A stretch of 64,000 nt of DNA from Bilabrum cf. latius (lineage: Eukaryota): assembly GCA_965178125.1 (NCBI GenBank), contig OZ237735.1, forward strand, positions 496,001-560,000, given 5' to 3'. The notes under the pieces were generated by a model that was given only the letters and a program-made list of their open reading frames with translations, ran no database searches and was not told the DNA's origin. This document shows positions 1 through 12,700 of this stretch, piece after piece; position 1 is the first letter of the stretch, and each line of letters starts with the position of its first letter. A program made the translations under genes and the position numbers.

Positions 1-3000
1 CCAGGTTGTCTCTCAGCAACCCGAGGCAAAACTGGTTCAGGCCGCTGGATGAAACGGATGGGTTGGCGGTGAGACCGCTGATGAGAGAGGAAAAAAGCTT
101 CACCACCGCAGCCATCGTCTTAGTGTCTTGTGCACCGCCATCTGCAAGGCTAGCTAGCAGTGGGGCAGTCAGCTGGAATACGGCCGGATGCGGGAAGAAC
201 GGCACACAGCTGGCGATAATCTCAAAGGTCAGGTAGCCCCTGCATGACCTGGATTCCATCATTGGGTACTTGGGAACGTAGCCGCACTCAGGGTCCTTGG
301 CCATGGCCACCTTGCCCAGCACGTCCTCGACTACCACTTCGAGCAAGTCAGGCAGCGCTGCAAGCAGAGCAGAGTCTTCGTGATCAATTTCGTCAGCTGC
401 ATCTGTGGAATCGCTGTCGCTATCACTGCCACCATCGCTGTCGCTGTCGTCTGTCATCTCACTTACGCTTGCGGACGGGGAAGCCTTCTACCTCAGGTCG
501 CTCTTGAGAGCTGCCAGTACATCGTACACGACATGCCCCAGCACATGCACCATGTAGCCATCCCGCAAGGTGTGTCTCAGCGAACTTATCACAGAGGGTA
601 GATACTGAGTCCCCACAGTCGTGGCTATGCGCACCATGGCTGATCGCGCCGAATTCCTGGCCTGCTGCACCCTGCTCTTCATCGCGAGGGCAACCTTGGT
701 AAGCAAGCCCCAGAGCCACTTGCTCAGTACAGCCTTCGGCAGCAGCTTAACCAGCTTTGCGCAAGCTACGGCAACTTCAACTTTCACCATCCCATCGCGG
801 TTCGACAGCAGCTTCTACAGAGTAGGCAGTACGTCTTCCTCAAGTGTTCGAAGCACCACCGTCGAATTTGGGGCAACCGCACCGCCTTGTACAGCTAGAG
901 CAATCCTGTCCTTGGCATCGATTTCGAAGGGGGTTCCTGCGTACGCCTCTTCTGAAGCAACCGAAGTGGCAGCGCTATCAATCATGGGTACACTTGCATC
1001 CGCTGCGGCGACCTCAGACTTGGCCCCTGTCTGCGAACTGGAATCCGCGTTAAAGTGGAAGGCATCTAGAAGAGCACAGATCGCGCTCTCCAGCGCCGAG
1101 GACCCAGTTGCGACAAGGTTGCGAAGCAGCAGTTTGAGCAGCCAGCCGTACTGCTCCCAAGGCAGGCTCTGGCCGATCGCAAAGAAGAGGCTGCACAGTG
1201 CCTACTTTCTTGTCTTGGCAGCACCCCTTGGTGCTCCTGCAGAACCGCCCCGCTGAAGCAGTTGTACTGCAACGGGCACTACGAAGTGCCTGACCACCCT
1301 GGCTACTCGCAATTGCTCATACTTTCCATTCCTCAGCTTTTCGAGAAGAATAGCAAGCTATTCCATGCTGGCACTGCTGGCCATCCCATTGATGCTGCAA
1401 CACTCGACAAGAAGGTGCTGGTTCCCTGGACCAGTCTCCACCGCGCTTTCTGCCTCTGCAGCAGACTGCGCAGCACCAAGCGAGTCTTCTTCATCGTCTG
1501 TGAGGTCCAGCACGGCGTCGTATAGCAAATCTCCAAGTCTGACCGTTACCCCTTGCATGCCAGAATCAGGCGGGTTGCCTTGTAGCAGCTCAAAGCCAGG
1601 GGGCAGCTCAGAGTCCAGCAGCACGACTGTAGTTCGCAGCGAGCTGGCAGCTGCAAAATATGAAGAGATGGCTGTTACTGCAGCCTAGGCTGCTTCCTTT
1701 AGCGAAGAAGCCGGCGCTACGTTCAGCACATGCCGCACGGCTGGAAGCACGCAAAAGCTCATAACACTGGCGCCATGCAGCACCCCTTTCCCGGACTCCA
1801 CCGGAAACGGAGGTTGAACACGATCGCAACCTCGCCTAATCGCGGCCGCGTCAGTCCTTCCCATGGCTTCGCAAAGCTGAGACAGGAGTGCTGCTGCTCG
1901 ACTGCGTAAAGCGAAATTCTCGTCTGCCAAGTAGTACGATGCCACAGCACTGACTGCCGCGAGGTCGACTGCCTCAGCTGGGGCCTTCGAAGACGGGCGA
2001 GTCAAAATCTGCACTGCAGTCTCGAGGTGTTCAAGCTCATTTGGAGACTGCTCCGACTCCATCCCGTCGCCTAGATGATGAGCGGCAGCAATGCTGGAGG
2101 ATCGCGTCGCTGCAGGAGATGGCCTGAACACGGGACCAAGCACTTTCATCCTGGCTTGAGGAATGCATCGTGACATGATGGCGCCCATCAGACGCAAGGC
2201 GGCACCCCTTGAGTTCTCCCTGGATTCGTTGGGCCCAGCGGCGAGCGTAAGGATCATGGGGCGCAGACCTTTTGCCGCCGTTTCACTGCCAGCAATCGAA
2301 GCCAGCTTTTGTAGAAGCTCGAATGACTCCAGTCTCCTGTCATCAGGCCCGATCGGGTCGTCTTGGTCCCTTGGAACTAGCGAGCGCTGCCTGTAGCGCG
2401 TCGGAGTCGTGTGTGCTCGTAGATCTACGTAGGGAAGAAGCAGCTCAAACAGCTCGTCAGCAGCCCCCTCATGCCCACCCTTTGCGGCTCCCATTGAGCT
2501 GTGAAACGCAAGCCTGCGAAGTGACTCGATGCTTACTTCGCTGCTTGACGCGGAGCCACTTGTGGCTGCAGAGTCTTGCTGAAGCGCAACACAGCAGGAT
2601 GCAACCATTGAAACGATGCGGAACTCGCGGGTCAAGTGCGAAGCAAGACCGCCTGATGCTGCGCGTCGCATGGAGCGGATACTAGCTGCATTCGGAAACA
2701 CGCCCGTCCAGCCTACCATTGAAATGGACGAGGCAGCCGCTTCGTTGATTGTTGCACCCTGCCGAGCTGCCCAACGGCAACGCAGTGCTTCCAATAGAAG
2801 GGAGTAGTACGGCAACAAGACAAAGTCCGTGGTCGACCCAAGTTCGCCGCTGCTCTCATCTCCGCCGTCCATAGCTACAGCAGACTTGTGATCGGAGCCC
2901 AAGAATGATGCCATGTCAACTTGCACGTCACTCTTCTTGTCTCCCACCAGCATGGCAATAGTCCGGGCTTCTGGCTCAAGCAGGTCGTGAACTATCCCAA

Positions 3001-6000
3001 GCACGTCACCGATGACCGCAGGTTTCACCCCACCGCTATGATCACTGTGCCGGTGAATGTGTTTAGACCCAGGCAAGCCAGCCGACACACTATCAATAAC
3101 TGCTCCTATGGAGCCATCAATTCTGGCCAAGTGAGTTCTCTGCCGCGGACCGTTCGCAATTGCAGCCAGAACGCCGAGCACAGCTGGGCTCTTGTCCGAG
3201 CTGAGACAGCTCCACGGCAGCGCCTGGATCGAACTTGCCATCGATGAGCCCAGAAACGGCACATACTATTCCAAATTCTGCCACCGGAACTGCTTGAATA
3301 GCTCGGCAATGCATGTGTATGCTCGCTGTGCGATCTGTCCAGCAGCTTGGCGCTTCGCAGCGGCTCCTGCATCGCCGAGTCCGCTGAGTACGAACGAGAA
3401 CAAGAGTGGTAAGTACTGCGAAACACTGACGCCCAAAATTCGGAGCAGATCGCGGACAACATCAAGAGAACCACTCAACTAGGCGTCTGCAATTCCGTCC
3501 AAGCACACATGCCCCATCACAAGCTCGAACGGCGAAGATAATTCGGCTTCTTTCCCGGCCACCCACTCGTCGAGGTCACCAGCTTGCTTCGGAAAATGCT
3601 ATTCAACCAATCCAGGCGAAAAGTACCGTCGAAATAGCACCTGAATTGCAGGCAGAAGCTCGGCCGGCTCGAGTTTGGCAAAAAACTGCAGCACGGTCGC
3701 TCTCCGCGCCTCTGGCCTGTCCCTCGCAGAGCCGCCGCGCTTGTACTGCAGCAAGTGACCCACTGCCACCCGGGAAATGGCTGGAATCGCCCTTCTCCGC
3801 GCGTCTGGCGGTAGGCTCAGCCCCCCTGGCGATAGATCGGCGCTTGCCATGATCCGTCTGAATTTCTTTGGATCCAGCAGGGACTCCAGCAGCTCATGAC
3901 AGCGCAGGATATGCGGAAGTTTCATCTGTGCAAGAACTTCAAGAGAAGCTTCAGCAACTCCACTTTCTCCCTTGACAAGAAGGCGCGTGCACAAAGCTTC
4001 AACCGTAGCAGCCAGTGCCTTTGGCATTCGCTCTCCAATCCTGCTTGCTATCTATAGGTATGCGACCAGTCTGCTCGTAGCATGGCGCTTGTCGATTGGC
4101 TTGTGCCTTGTAATGGCCGTCTTCCAATCCTTACTCAACATGCTACTGAACGCTTGCAGGGCAATCGCAGCAGCATCATGGCGAGAAGTAGACCTCTCTG
4201 CACTAGTCTCAGCTGCTGATTGCAGGCTCTCTGCTATTGGAACTACCTGCAGAAGTCTTGCGTCAGGGTCAACTCGGGTCCTCGAATCATAGTAATGTAC
4301 GCTGCAGTGACTGAACAAAAGCGCAATGCACGATTCCGCATGCTTCTTCACCAGAGGCGCACAATCCTTGAGGGCCCCTGCTACCTGCAGGAGCACGTCT
4401 TGGGCCAGACGGTGGTCATGCACGCCGATTGCTGCGACCTGAGCTGCTTCTACACCGGCCACCATCGCAACTCCGCGGACCTTGTCAGCTGTAGATGATG
4501 ACTTTACGGCAAGAGCAGCTGCAGCACCAGAGCTGCGCGTGATTCCAAACATTTCAGGGTCCGCAGCGACGAATGGCAGTGACCCAAACCTCAGCAAACT
4601 AGCGATGCTGTGGCTTGCCATTGGTTTCGATTCTGCTGGCACGCCTTCCTCGAAACCGGGAGGGAGGCTAGTATCATGCCTGCCAGAGGTAGAGCGGCAC
4701 GCGTGCAGCAATTCAAGCAGTCTTCCGACAGCTGGCCACACAGAGAGCTGGAACTTGCGACCGACGTTCGCAAGGACCTTGGCAGCCACTTCATTGACTG
4801 GCGCGTACCGAATGAATGATAGACCTGACACCACATACTCAAGCACAATGGTGTACATGGCCCCTGGAATCGACTCAGCAAGCAACAAGCGCTCCAAGTG
4901 CCGAATGTGGTTTGACATCGTCCTCTCAGAGACGATGCTCGGTGCCTGCCGCTCGATTTCGACGCACAGCTCAGCTGCTTGACAACGGTTGACCTCGTCC
5001 AAAGAGCCATCAGAATCACTACCACCGTCACCGTCTTCCATCCCTTGCGCTGCGATCTCAATGACAGGCTATTCAAACGATGCTAGCAGTTGCAGTGCAC
5101 AAAATCGAACTGCTCGTTCCGGGCATCCTACAAGTAGAGACAACGCATCGCAGTGCTACTATGTCGCAGTTTCCAAGGCAGAAACGCCCAGCACGGCTTG
5201 CAGCTCGCGATGAAGCCCGGTCTGACTCGGATCGGAGTATTTCTGCTCGATGGTAGCATCCGACATAGCATCCTCGAGCACGACCCTAAGCTTGGCCGCG
5301 GACATGGCAAACCGAGACGCAGCATGCAGCAAGGCGTAGAATGATGACTCGAGGGCAAGCATCACCTGACACTCTGGTGAATCTGCAGGAAGAACTCGAC
5401 TAAAGTTGCACCGGCTGGCGAATCCAAAGCTCTTTGCAACAGAAAATACTGCAGCCAGGGAATCTCGCACTGCACCTATCACGCCCAGCAGTTTAGAGCT
5501 TTCTCCAACCGCTGACCTTCTTGTCGCACCCACACCGACGCTATTCTGCAGAACGTATGCCAAGGCGTGATACCTGGAAGCAAGGCAAAACAACAGTAGC
5601 GGCAGCTGGTTTGGTTGCGATGCTGCCCAACTGCCGGCTCCTACAAACGAGTCTGGCGAAGGGGGTGTAGAGTGAAGCATAGCTTTCAGCTGCTTTGCCT
5701 CACTCGCAGCCGCGGCAATCATTGTTGCCTGCAGCCCCTCGTCTCGTTGCAACCGCTCGCTCGAGGCGATAAGCTGAGCGACCTGCCAAGCCTGCCACAC
5801 AGCTCTCCAGGACAACACGGTGTGGCTATCAAATCCAGTCGGCAGGTCTCGCACCCCCAGGCCGACTCGAATGCACCCCCTTTCCGATGCTAGGGCACAG
5901 CTTGGGATGAACAGACGGCCGACTGCGCTTGCTGACGTCTGATCGTCAGCTATTGACTCTTGGCCCGGCTTGGGCCTTTGGAAGCCACCAAACGCAGCGT

Positions 6001-8346
6001 GCACATCGATCTGCATGCATACCAACAACTGTGATACCCACTAATGGCCTGCCGATCGCAGAATATCCACCATTTGCTCTACTACTGAGAACAAAGCGAA
6101 TAGATACAGCCTTCTACGAGCAGAATGGGCTCGTGATCTCACCCCAGCTTCCGTCATGTCTGCAATCAGCTTGCAGACCCTTGCAACGTCAATTGAGCTG
6201 GACTGCAGCAAACCGTTGATGCCAAGCACCGATCTGACAGAGGCTTCGCACATGGAATGCGGTTCTTGGTCCTCTTTTAGCGCTTGAAGTGCCTCTGTAG
6301 CTGACACAGGCACCAAACCTTGGGGGCGCAACGAATCAAGTACGGATAGGCCCATCGACCAGGTCTGGGTCGGCGATGGTGCAGCAGCTGCGCCACCGTC
6401 TGCATCCGAAGCGCGCGACTCAGCCATCTTTGCAATCTATTTCAGCAGCTTTGCAAGCAGTGAGCCGTGCTTCAGCCTCTTAAGCAGCCTCTTCGCTTCG
6501 CTGCTAAGCTCTTTCGCACTTGGCGCACTGGCCAACACACCAGAAGATGAATCCGTCTTGCTACTCCCACCAAACAAATCGTGGTGCTTTAACTCTTCGC
6601 CAGAGCCTTGCATTCGGTGAGAGATTGCCTGAATCGCCAGCGTCTCTTCGTCGTCCTCGCTCAACTCGCTGTCAGACTCCATTTGCTCTTGAGGCGCAGA
6701 CGCAAGCTCTGGAGCTTCATCACTGTCAGAGCCTTCGGACTCGTCCGATTCGGGAGCAAGGTAAGGATTTAATTCGTCTGCCGTTTTCCTGGCTGCTTGG
6801 ACACGCCGGGCCGCATCTCGCGTTTCAGAGGAGCCAGCCACGCCTGCCAGCGCTGGAGCAACCTGCCCCACGAGGCCGAGCCAGGCGGCGCGCAGGAAGC
6901 TCGACTGGCTGCATCGGACTCCCTTCGCAGCATCCACGGCAGTCTGGGCCACCAGGGCCAACACGCCCTTGTATTCGCTTCCAGACCCTTTGCCGCGCTC
7001 TGCGGCGAGCATCTGGATGCAACCGAGTACGCGACTGGCGTGCAGCATGGCTGGAGTGATGCGCCTTGAGGACCTACCCACAGACTCCAGAGCTCGGAAT
7101 TCCTCCTTCGCATGAAGACACACAATTTGAAACAGTTGAATGAGCGCCTTACCACGCACATAGCTGCGCATGTGGTCAATTCCGTGCCACACCACCTGGG
7201 AGCACAGGGACGCGTGCACGAGCACGTGTGGGCTGGAGTCCGACGTGGGGCCCGCCCCAGCTGAAAATTCGCGTGACGAAGCATCACTAGCAGTAGCAGC
7301 AGCAGCGGTACGGTCTGCGCCGGCACCACCGCATTCTCTTCGCATCCAGCCCAACAAGCCCTGGATAATGTGCGGCGCCTTCGACGTCATCGAGTGCCGC
7401 ACGCTGCGGACCAGTTCAAACAGCAGCAAGCTCAACGAGATTCGGACTTGGCGGCGAAACGTCGGAGAATCTACTCCATCGAGACGTTGGATCCGGCCCT
7501 GACCTTCAGCCCCCGCGCTGGCGACACTGCCAGCGACTGAGTCTCTCCAGCTCTCGGGTTTGCTCTCCCCAGCTATCCATAAGCGCAGCAAACTGAGGGA
7601 TTTCTCCACCCCCATCTTCCTCAGTAGATATCCTAGCGATTGTGCCGCGAATGATCTTACATATCCCTTGTTGCTGGCAAACAAGGATCGGAAGGAAGGC
7701 CACAAGTCGTGGGCCCGTTCAACTAGGTCCCGCCCGAGAAACTTGAAAACGAAAGACAGCGACCGAAAGGCTTCTCCGGCAATTTCTGGCTGCAAAAGAG
7801 AAGAAATTCATAGAGGTGCAACAAAGCGAGTGTGAATGCTGCCAAGAACAATCGTAAAGACCAGCTATTCTCTTCACAACTCACATCCCGTGGATCGACA
7901 TGTCCAGCTAGCACGGTAATGAACGGTTCGAGGAACTCCATGAATGAGTCCCTGATATCTCGAACAATTACTGCCACCAGCCTGAGGACAGGAGGCCAAG
8001 CAAGTTTGCACTCTTCGTCCTGAAGAATCTCAAGCATGTGCTTGACTATTCTCGCTCGGTGGTGCAAAACCTGTGCAAGGGTTTTACACAGTGGCTCTAC
8101 ATTCAGGCAGAACACTCTAAATGGCTTTGAAACATTAATCTGTGACAAAGAGATCAATTCGTCATGAAGAAAGCTGCCGCGATCGCCAGTTGACGGTACT
8201 GCCCTTGTCTCAAACACCTCCCGGTCAGACTACTTAAATACATCGACATCTACTCTCTTGACTCGCTCTGCGAATGTAATAAACTTAAAACGCTTCCTTG
8301 AAGATCCACCGCTGTTCAACTACTTTACACCGTCGGAAGCAGCCAT
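1..8346 (-). CDS. UTP20: U3 snoRNP/SSU processome HEAT-repeat protein UTP20; runs off the window start; one intron 7790-7884; 16 in-frame TAG read as Gln
   Basis: ATG 8346 gives MAASDGVK*LNSGGSSRKRFKFITFAERVKRVDVDV (UTP20-type N-terminus). Later motifs LPWEQY..LDAFHF and KSRVQQARNSARSAM..GTQYL..LRDGYMVHVLGH. The ORF pieces join in one frame across TAG only (8320, 8230, 6437, 6041, 5159, 5156, 5069, 4052, 3599, 3479, 3266, 1685, 1358, 1202, 815, 488). Intron is GTGAGT..TTGCAG. Confidence 0.88.
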
Positions 8347-8453
8347 ATTTATTGAATTGGCAACTTCCCTGGCTGTAGCGGAACATTGATAAGAGCTCCG
8401 AATCGTAATTGCGCGGCGCCACGCAAGGATAGGGCTCGCACTGTCGAAGCATT

Positions 8454-9551
8454 ATGGCATCCACTGATGATGATCACAGAGGATTGCTTCGATTATGTGT
8501 TCTACATATTATGGAAGCCCTTGGGATCGATCGATCTGAAGAAGGAGCCATTGATTTTTGTGCTGAATTTGCTGAGAAGTGTATGTGCAACGTCTGTCTT
8601 GCACGCCAACTCAAGCAGAAGTGCGGGCTATTATACCGACCTTTTCAAATCAAATTGTGATCATTTAATCGCAGACATAATCTCTCTGGCCCGCAAGTCC
8701 CGAGATTTAGCTGCCACTCAGGGTAGAGGATGGATTGGCCGTGGCGATGTCGCGGCAGTGCTTGAAACTAGCATGGTGAGTTCCATAAACTGCATTTCCT
8801 ATATTTCTTCTGTAAATGCTAGTGAGTTGCCAATTCTCTGCAACAAAGACGCGTCTCGCAGCCGTGCGGCCCTCGCTCAAGAAAAGAGGTTGACGAGTGT
8901 GAGCTCAGATACGGATCTCACTGGAAAGGTTTGGATACATTTGAAATCGGAGGCGACGAAAATGTCCACGAAAAACACCGTAGAGCTCTCGAGCGCCGCA
9001 AGCAAGCGGAGATAATCGCAGGCGCAACTCGCAATGCTCCGCGACTGCGGCGCCGTGCCCCCATCCATCTAGCAGTTGATGCTGCAGGGGCTAGCGATCA
9101 GCTGCAGCAAGCTTCTGCAGCCGCATTATCCGAAGTAGAGTCCAAATTCAAAGAACGCCCACCGTTTTACCCTTCCCATTTGCCGCCCATGCCAATGTCC
9201 CACTCCTACATGGCCACGGTAGCGAGTGCGGGCAGCTAGTTTCGGGCAGGGGATGGTGCAAGCAGGGGAACAAATGCGGGGTCACGCCTGGCAATCTTAG
9301 AGAATGCGTCGTTGCAGGGAGGCAAGACACTAAGTGCACTCAGGGACCTTATCCGGGTAGAGGAGCGTAAGGCCGGCGCAGAAGTTGCCGGGCCAGGCGC
9401 TTCGCATGCTGACACCGACATTGCAGCGGTGCAGCCCAGCAGGCCGAAGAGAGCGCGAGTTGAGGATGCGACCGCAACAACTTTGCAACAGGCAGGGGAC
9501 GTGGTGGGAGAATAGCTAGACAACCCACTCTTGGCCAAGCCTAGCAGTTGA
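8454..9551 (+). CDS. TAF8: TFIID subunit 8 (Bromo_TP histone fold plus TAF8 C-terminal motif); introns 8581-8674 and 8776-8861; TAG at 9237 and 9513
   Basis: Histone-fold segment LLRLCVLHIMEALGIDRSEEGAIDFCAEFAEKYIISLARKSRDLA..GR..GDV. Motif PPFYPSHLPPMPMSHSY resembles TAF8 PxHLPPFPxxHTY. GT-AG introns restore the frame; ends TGA 9549-9551. Confidence 0.75.
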
Positions 9552-9712
9552 TGCTGGTAGGCCTGGGCACTAGTTCTGTTGCGGCACAACGAGTGCTTTG
9601 AAAGTATGTATCTGCACGGTGTTTGATGAATGTCATCTACAGTCAAGAGGCCTGACAGCAAAGAAGCTATCATACTGGTTGCACTTGATGATCCACTCTA
9701 CAGCAAATTCCA

Positions 9713-12700
9713 TCACCCAGTGATATCTTTCATCCCAGTGAGCCCGCTGTCAGTCCGCTGCCTCTCATCGTCCACCGAGGCAGAGTCTGCCTCCGACTCA
9801 TCATCCCTGTCCTGGAAACTCTCTTCCTCTGGCTCCAGGCTGCCCGTTCTTCCTGTCTTGGTGATGTCCATTCGCCGACCAGTTGGTGCCATCATCATCT
9901 TGCGCCGCGTTGGGCTGTCCCGGCCACCCTATTCCATCGCATCGGCAGGCCAAACCGGCTCCATCGATGACCTGGGCTGCCGAGCCACCTCGTTGGCTAC
10001 ATAAGCGCCTTTCGTTGATTTTCCTGCCCTTGCCGTGCCCATCACGATGATGCGAGCGGGGGAATCCTCGCTGCCCTGAGAGTCAGACCACTGGCTGCGC
10101 GGAGACACCTGTGCGCTGACTGGCGGAGTCCTGTCACTGGACGCAGATTGATGCCTAGACAACTGGCTGGACACAATCTCCGAAGAGTTCCGATCAGCAC
10201 TTGTGGGCAATCGCGCCGCTTCACCGGCGCCGGTTGACTCCCAGACTTCGCGAGCCCCCCGTGAGTCAGAGTCTGATGCGTTCCGCTGCCTCGGGCGTTG
10301 CTGAGACCTCCCTCTAAATTGCAACTCCCCTCCGCCGTACTAGCTCCCACTCTGGGTCCAACGGCCAGTGTTTGGTATCCGCTCTGCAACCCGGCCCGCC
10401 CCATGGTCGCGACCAGCTGTCGGGCTTGCAGCAGGGCTAGTGGCACCCCTTGATCCACTTGCAGAGCGAAAGACCCCGTCAGAGTCAGAAGCAGAGTCGT
10501 GGAGTAGACCTCTGCCGGTGATTGAGCCAGACTTTTCACGGTAGAGAGATTCTTCATCCTTTTCAGCACCCGAAATATTGAACCCATCGGAACCCACGGA
10601 TGAACGCGTGATCTCAGGACCTACTTCTTCATCAGATTCTCCCTCGTCAGACTCGACAATACTATACCCAATGCTGTTAAAGAGCATGGATCCGGCATGA
10701 CTGGCCCCAATGCTTGCGTTTCCGTTTTTCTCCCTCTGCTTCTTCTTCTCGCTGGCCCGGTGCCTGAGGAAGACATCTCGGTGAGCCGCCAAGTTCGTGT
10801 CGAATGAGCTGCGCATGACAGGGTCCATCTGTTCGAAAGAGGCCAGTTTGAGCCCTTTCAGCAGCTCTTCTGGAATGGACTGACCATCTTCGTCTAACGT
10901 GACCTGTAGTATGCCGGGCAGCTACCGCAGCTACTATAGATCAGCATTGATTTTCCACGATAGCATATTTGCGAAGTACCTCGTCATCAACCCGTACGCA
11001 GTGTTCTCGATGGTGGCGGGGGCAAACAAAGCGAAGATAGTATTATCGTCTGGTATCGAGGGTGTTTCGCCCCTTGACGCATCCCCTCTACCAGCCCCAC
11101 TGGCAGGTCCGCTCCCAGCGCCAGAACTCGACGACGGCCGTGGACTGCTCGACCCTGTGCTTCGAGAAACCGACTGATTGGGGAGGGTCCTGCGAGTTTG
11201 AAGAACCCTACCGTCAATGGATCCACTCCCAGGCCTACCGTTACCACTACTCTAGGGCAAGAGAGCACCGGTTGCCTTCTCCTACACCACGGTTGGTATT
11301 GATGTGCCGTTCACTAATGGGTACACCCGCTTCCGCAGCTGCGGCAGCTCAAGCTGAGCATATGCATCCTGCGACCCATCAACTTCTTCCAGTGGGAGAG
11401 AAAGTCCAAGCAGAGTCGGCCACAGCATGTCCAAGTAGACGTCCCTTCCTGGTTTCATAATTCTCTGAGCAATCAGCAACGCAGTCATTGTGGTCCGATG
11501 CCATCGGGTCGGAGACAGGTACCTGTACATGCGTGTATGAATGAGCTGCAGCAGCAGACACGTAGCCATCCAGTAGTCCTCTTTCTCGAACGGCATGACC
11601 TAGCAGAACCGGATAAAGAAATCCAGGACCATGCCCCAGCTGACGCACTGCAAGCGGGCTTCTGCTCCTAGAGATGCAGGGTTCCAGCCCTGCATGGAAG
11701 CCTTCAACGGCTTGAAGCTGCGCCCTACAACCGATGGAATGGCTCCCTCCAGCGATACAAACGCAGCCACTGATGGATGCAGCCCCCTAAAGTCGCGGGG
11801 TAGCACAGTCCCGGCCATACCTGCCGCTGCGTCAGTACTCAGAGCCTCCAGCTGTTTTCTGCGTTTCTTGCGGGACTACGCATCAACTATTCCTGGCTAC
11901 GAGCTGGTATCAATCGCACCAGGCAAGTTGCGCAGCGTGCGCTGCCAGGATTCCTCTGCCAATCCAGCCGTGGAAATGTCAAACAGTTTGCCCGGAGATC
12001 CAGACGATACGTTCGTCACGGTGCTCGCGGTTACGCCCATGGGGACCCATCGAGCCCTCATTCGCTTAGTTATCGTGAACTGCTGCACTGCAACGTCTGC
12101 ATTGGGCTTCGCAGCCTCTACTAGATCTTTTCCTGCCATTCGAATGGCGTCATGACCTGTAGCCGTGTTCGGCCCCAATGAGGCCAAAATCATCCTGGAC
12201 ACTAGCATACTAAAAGCCACCAGTTCGCTCGGGCACGAGGTCGCATGTCGCAGGGACCCTTCCATGAGCATGCGAACTCTGCTGACTCCGATGGAATCCA
12301 GCGTTTCTGATTCGTCGAGTCCACCAGCTGCAACCATTTTAGACACGGCAGCGCTGACTTCCTCGCTGCCATGCGATCGCAAAACCCGAGGCACAAGACT
12401 CCCACCAGAGTGCTGTGAAGATAGCATGCCCGGTACGCGAACCTACTTTCCTTCGTTCGTGGATCCACCCTTTGCTTCTCTAGACCATTTCACAAGAGCA
12501 CCACCGCTAGCCGTTTGGCTTTCGCTGCCTGCTGCACCCGACGGATCACTTGCGGCATGTATTCCACGCTATTCCGAACCCTGGCTCGATGTCGATGCCG
12601 CTTCAGCCAGCATGCTCTTACCTTTCTAGTGCATCTGCCGCAACTAGCTTCTGCTAGGAATGAACTGTCGAAGCAATCGACGAAGCTCCGCCGCGACCGA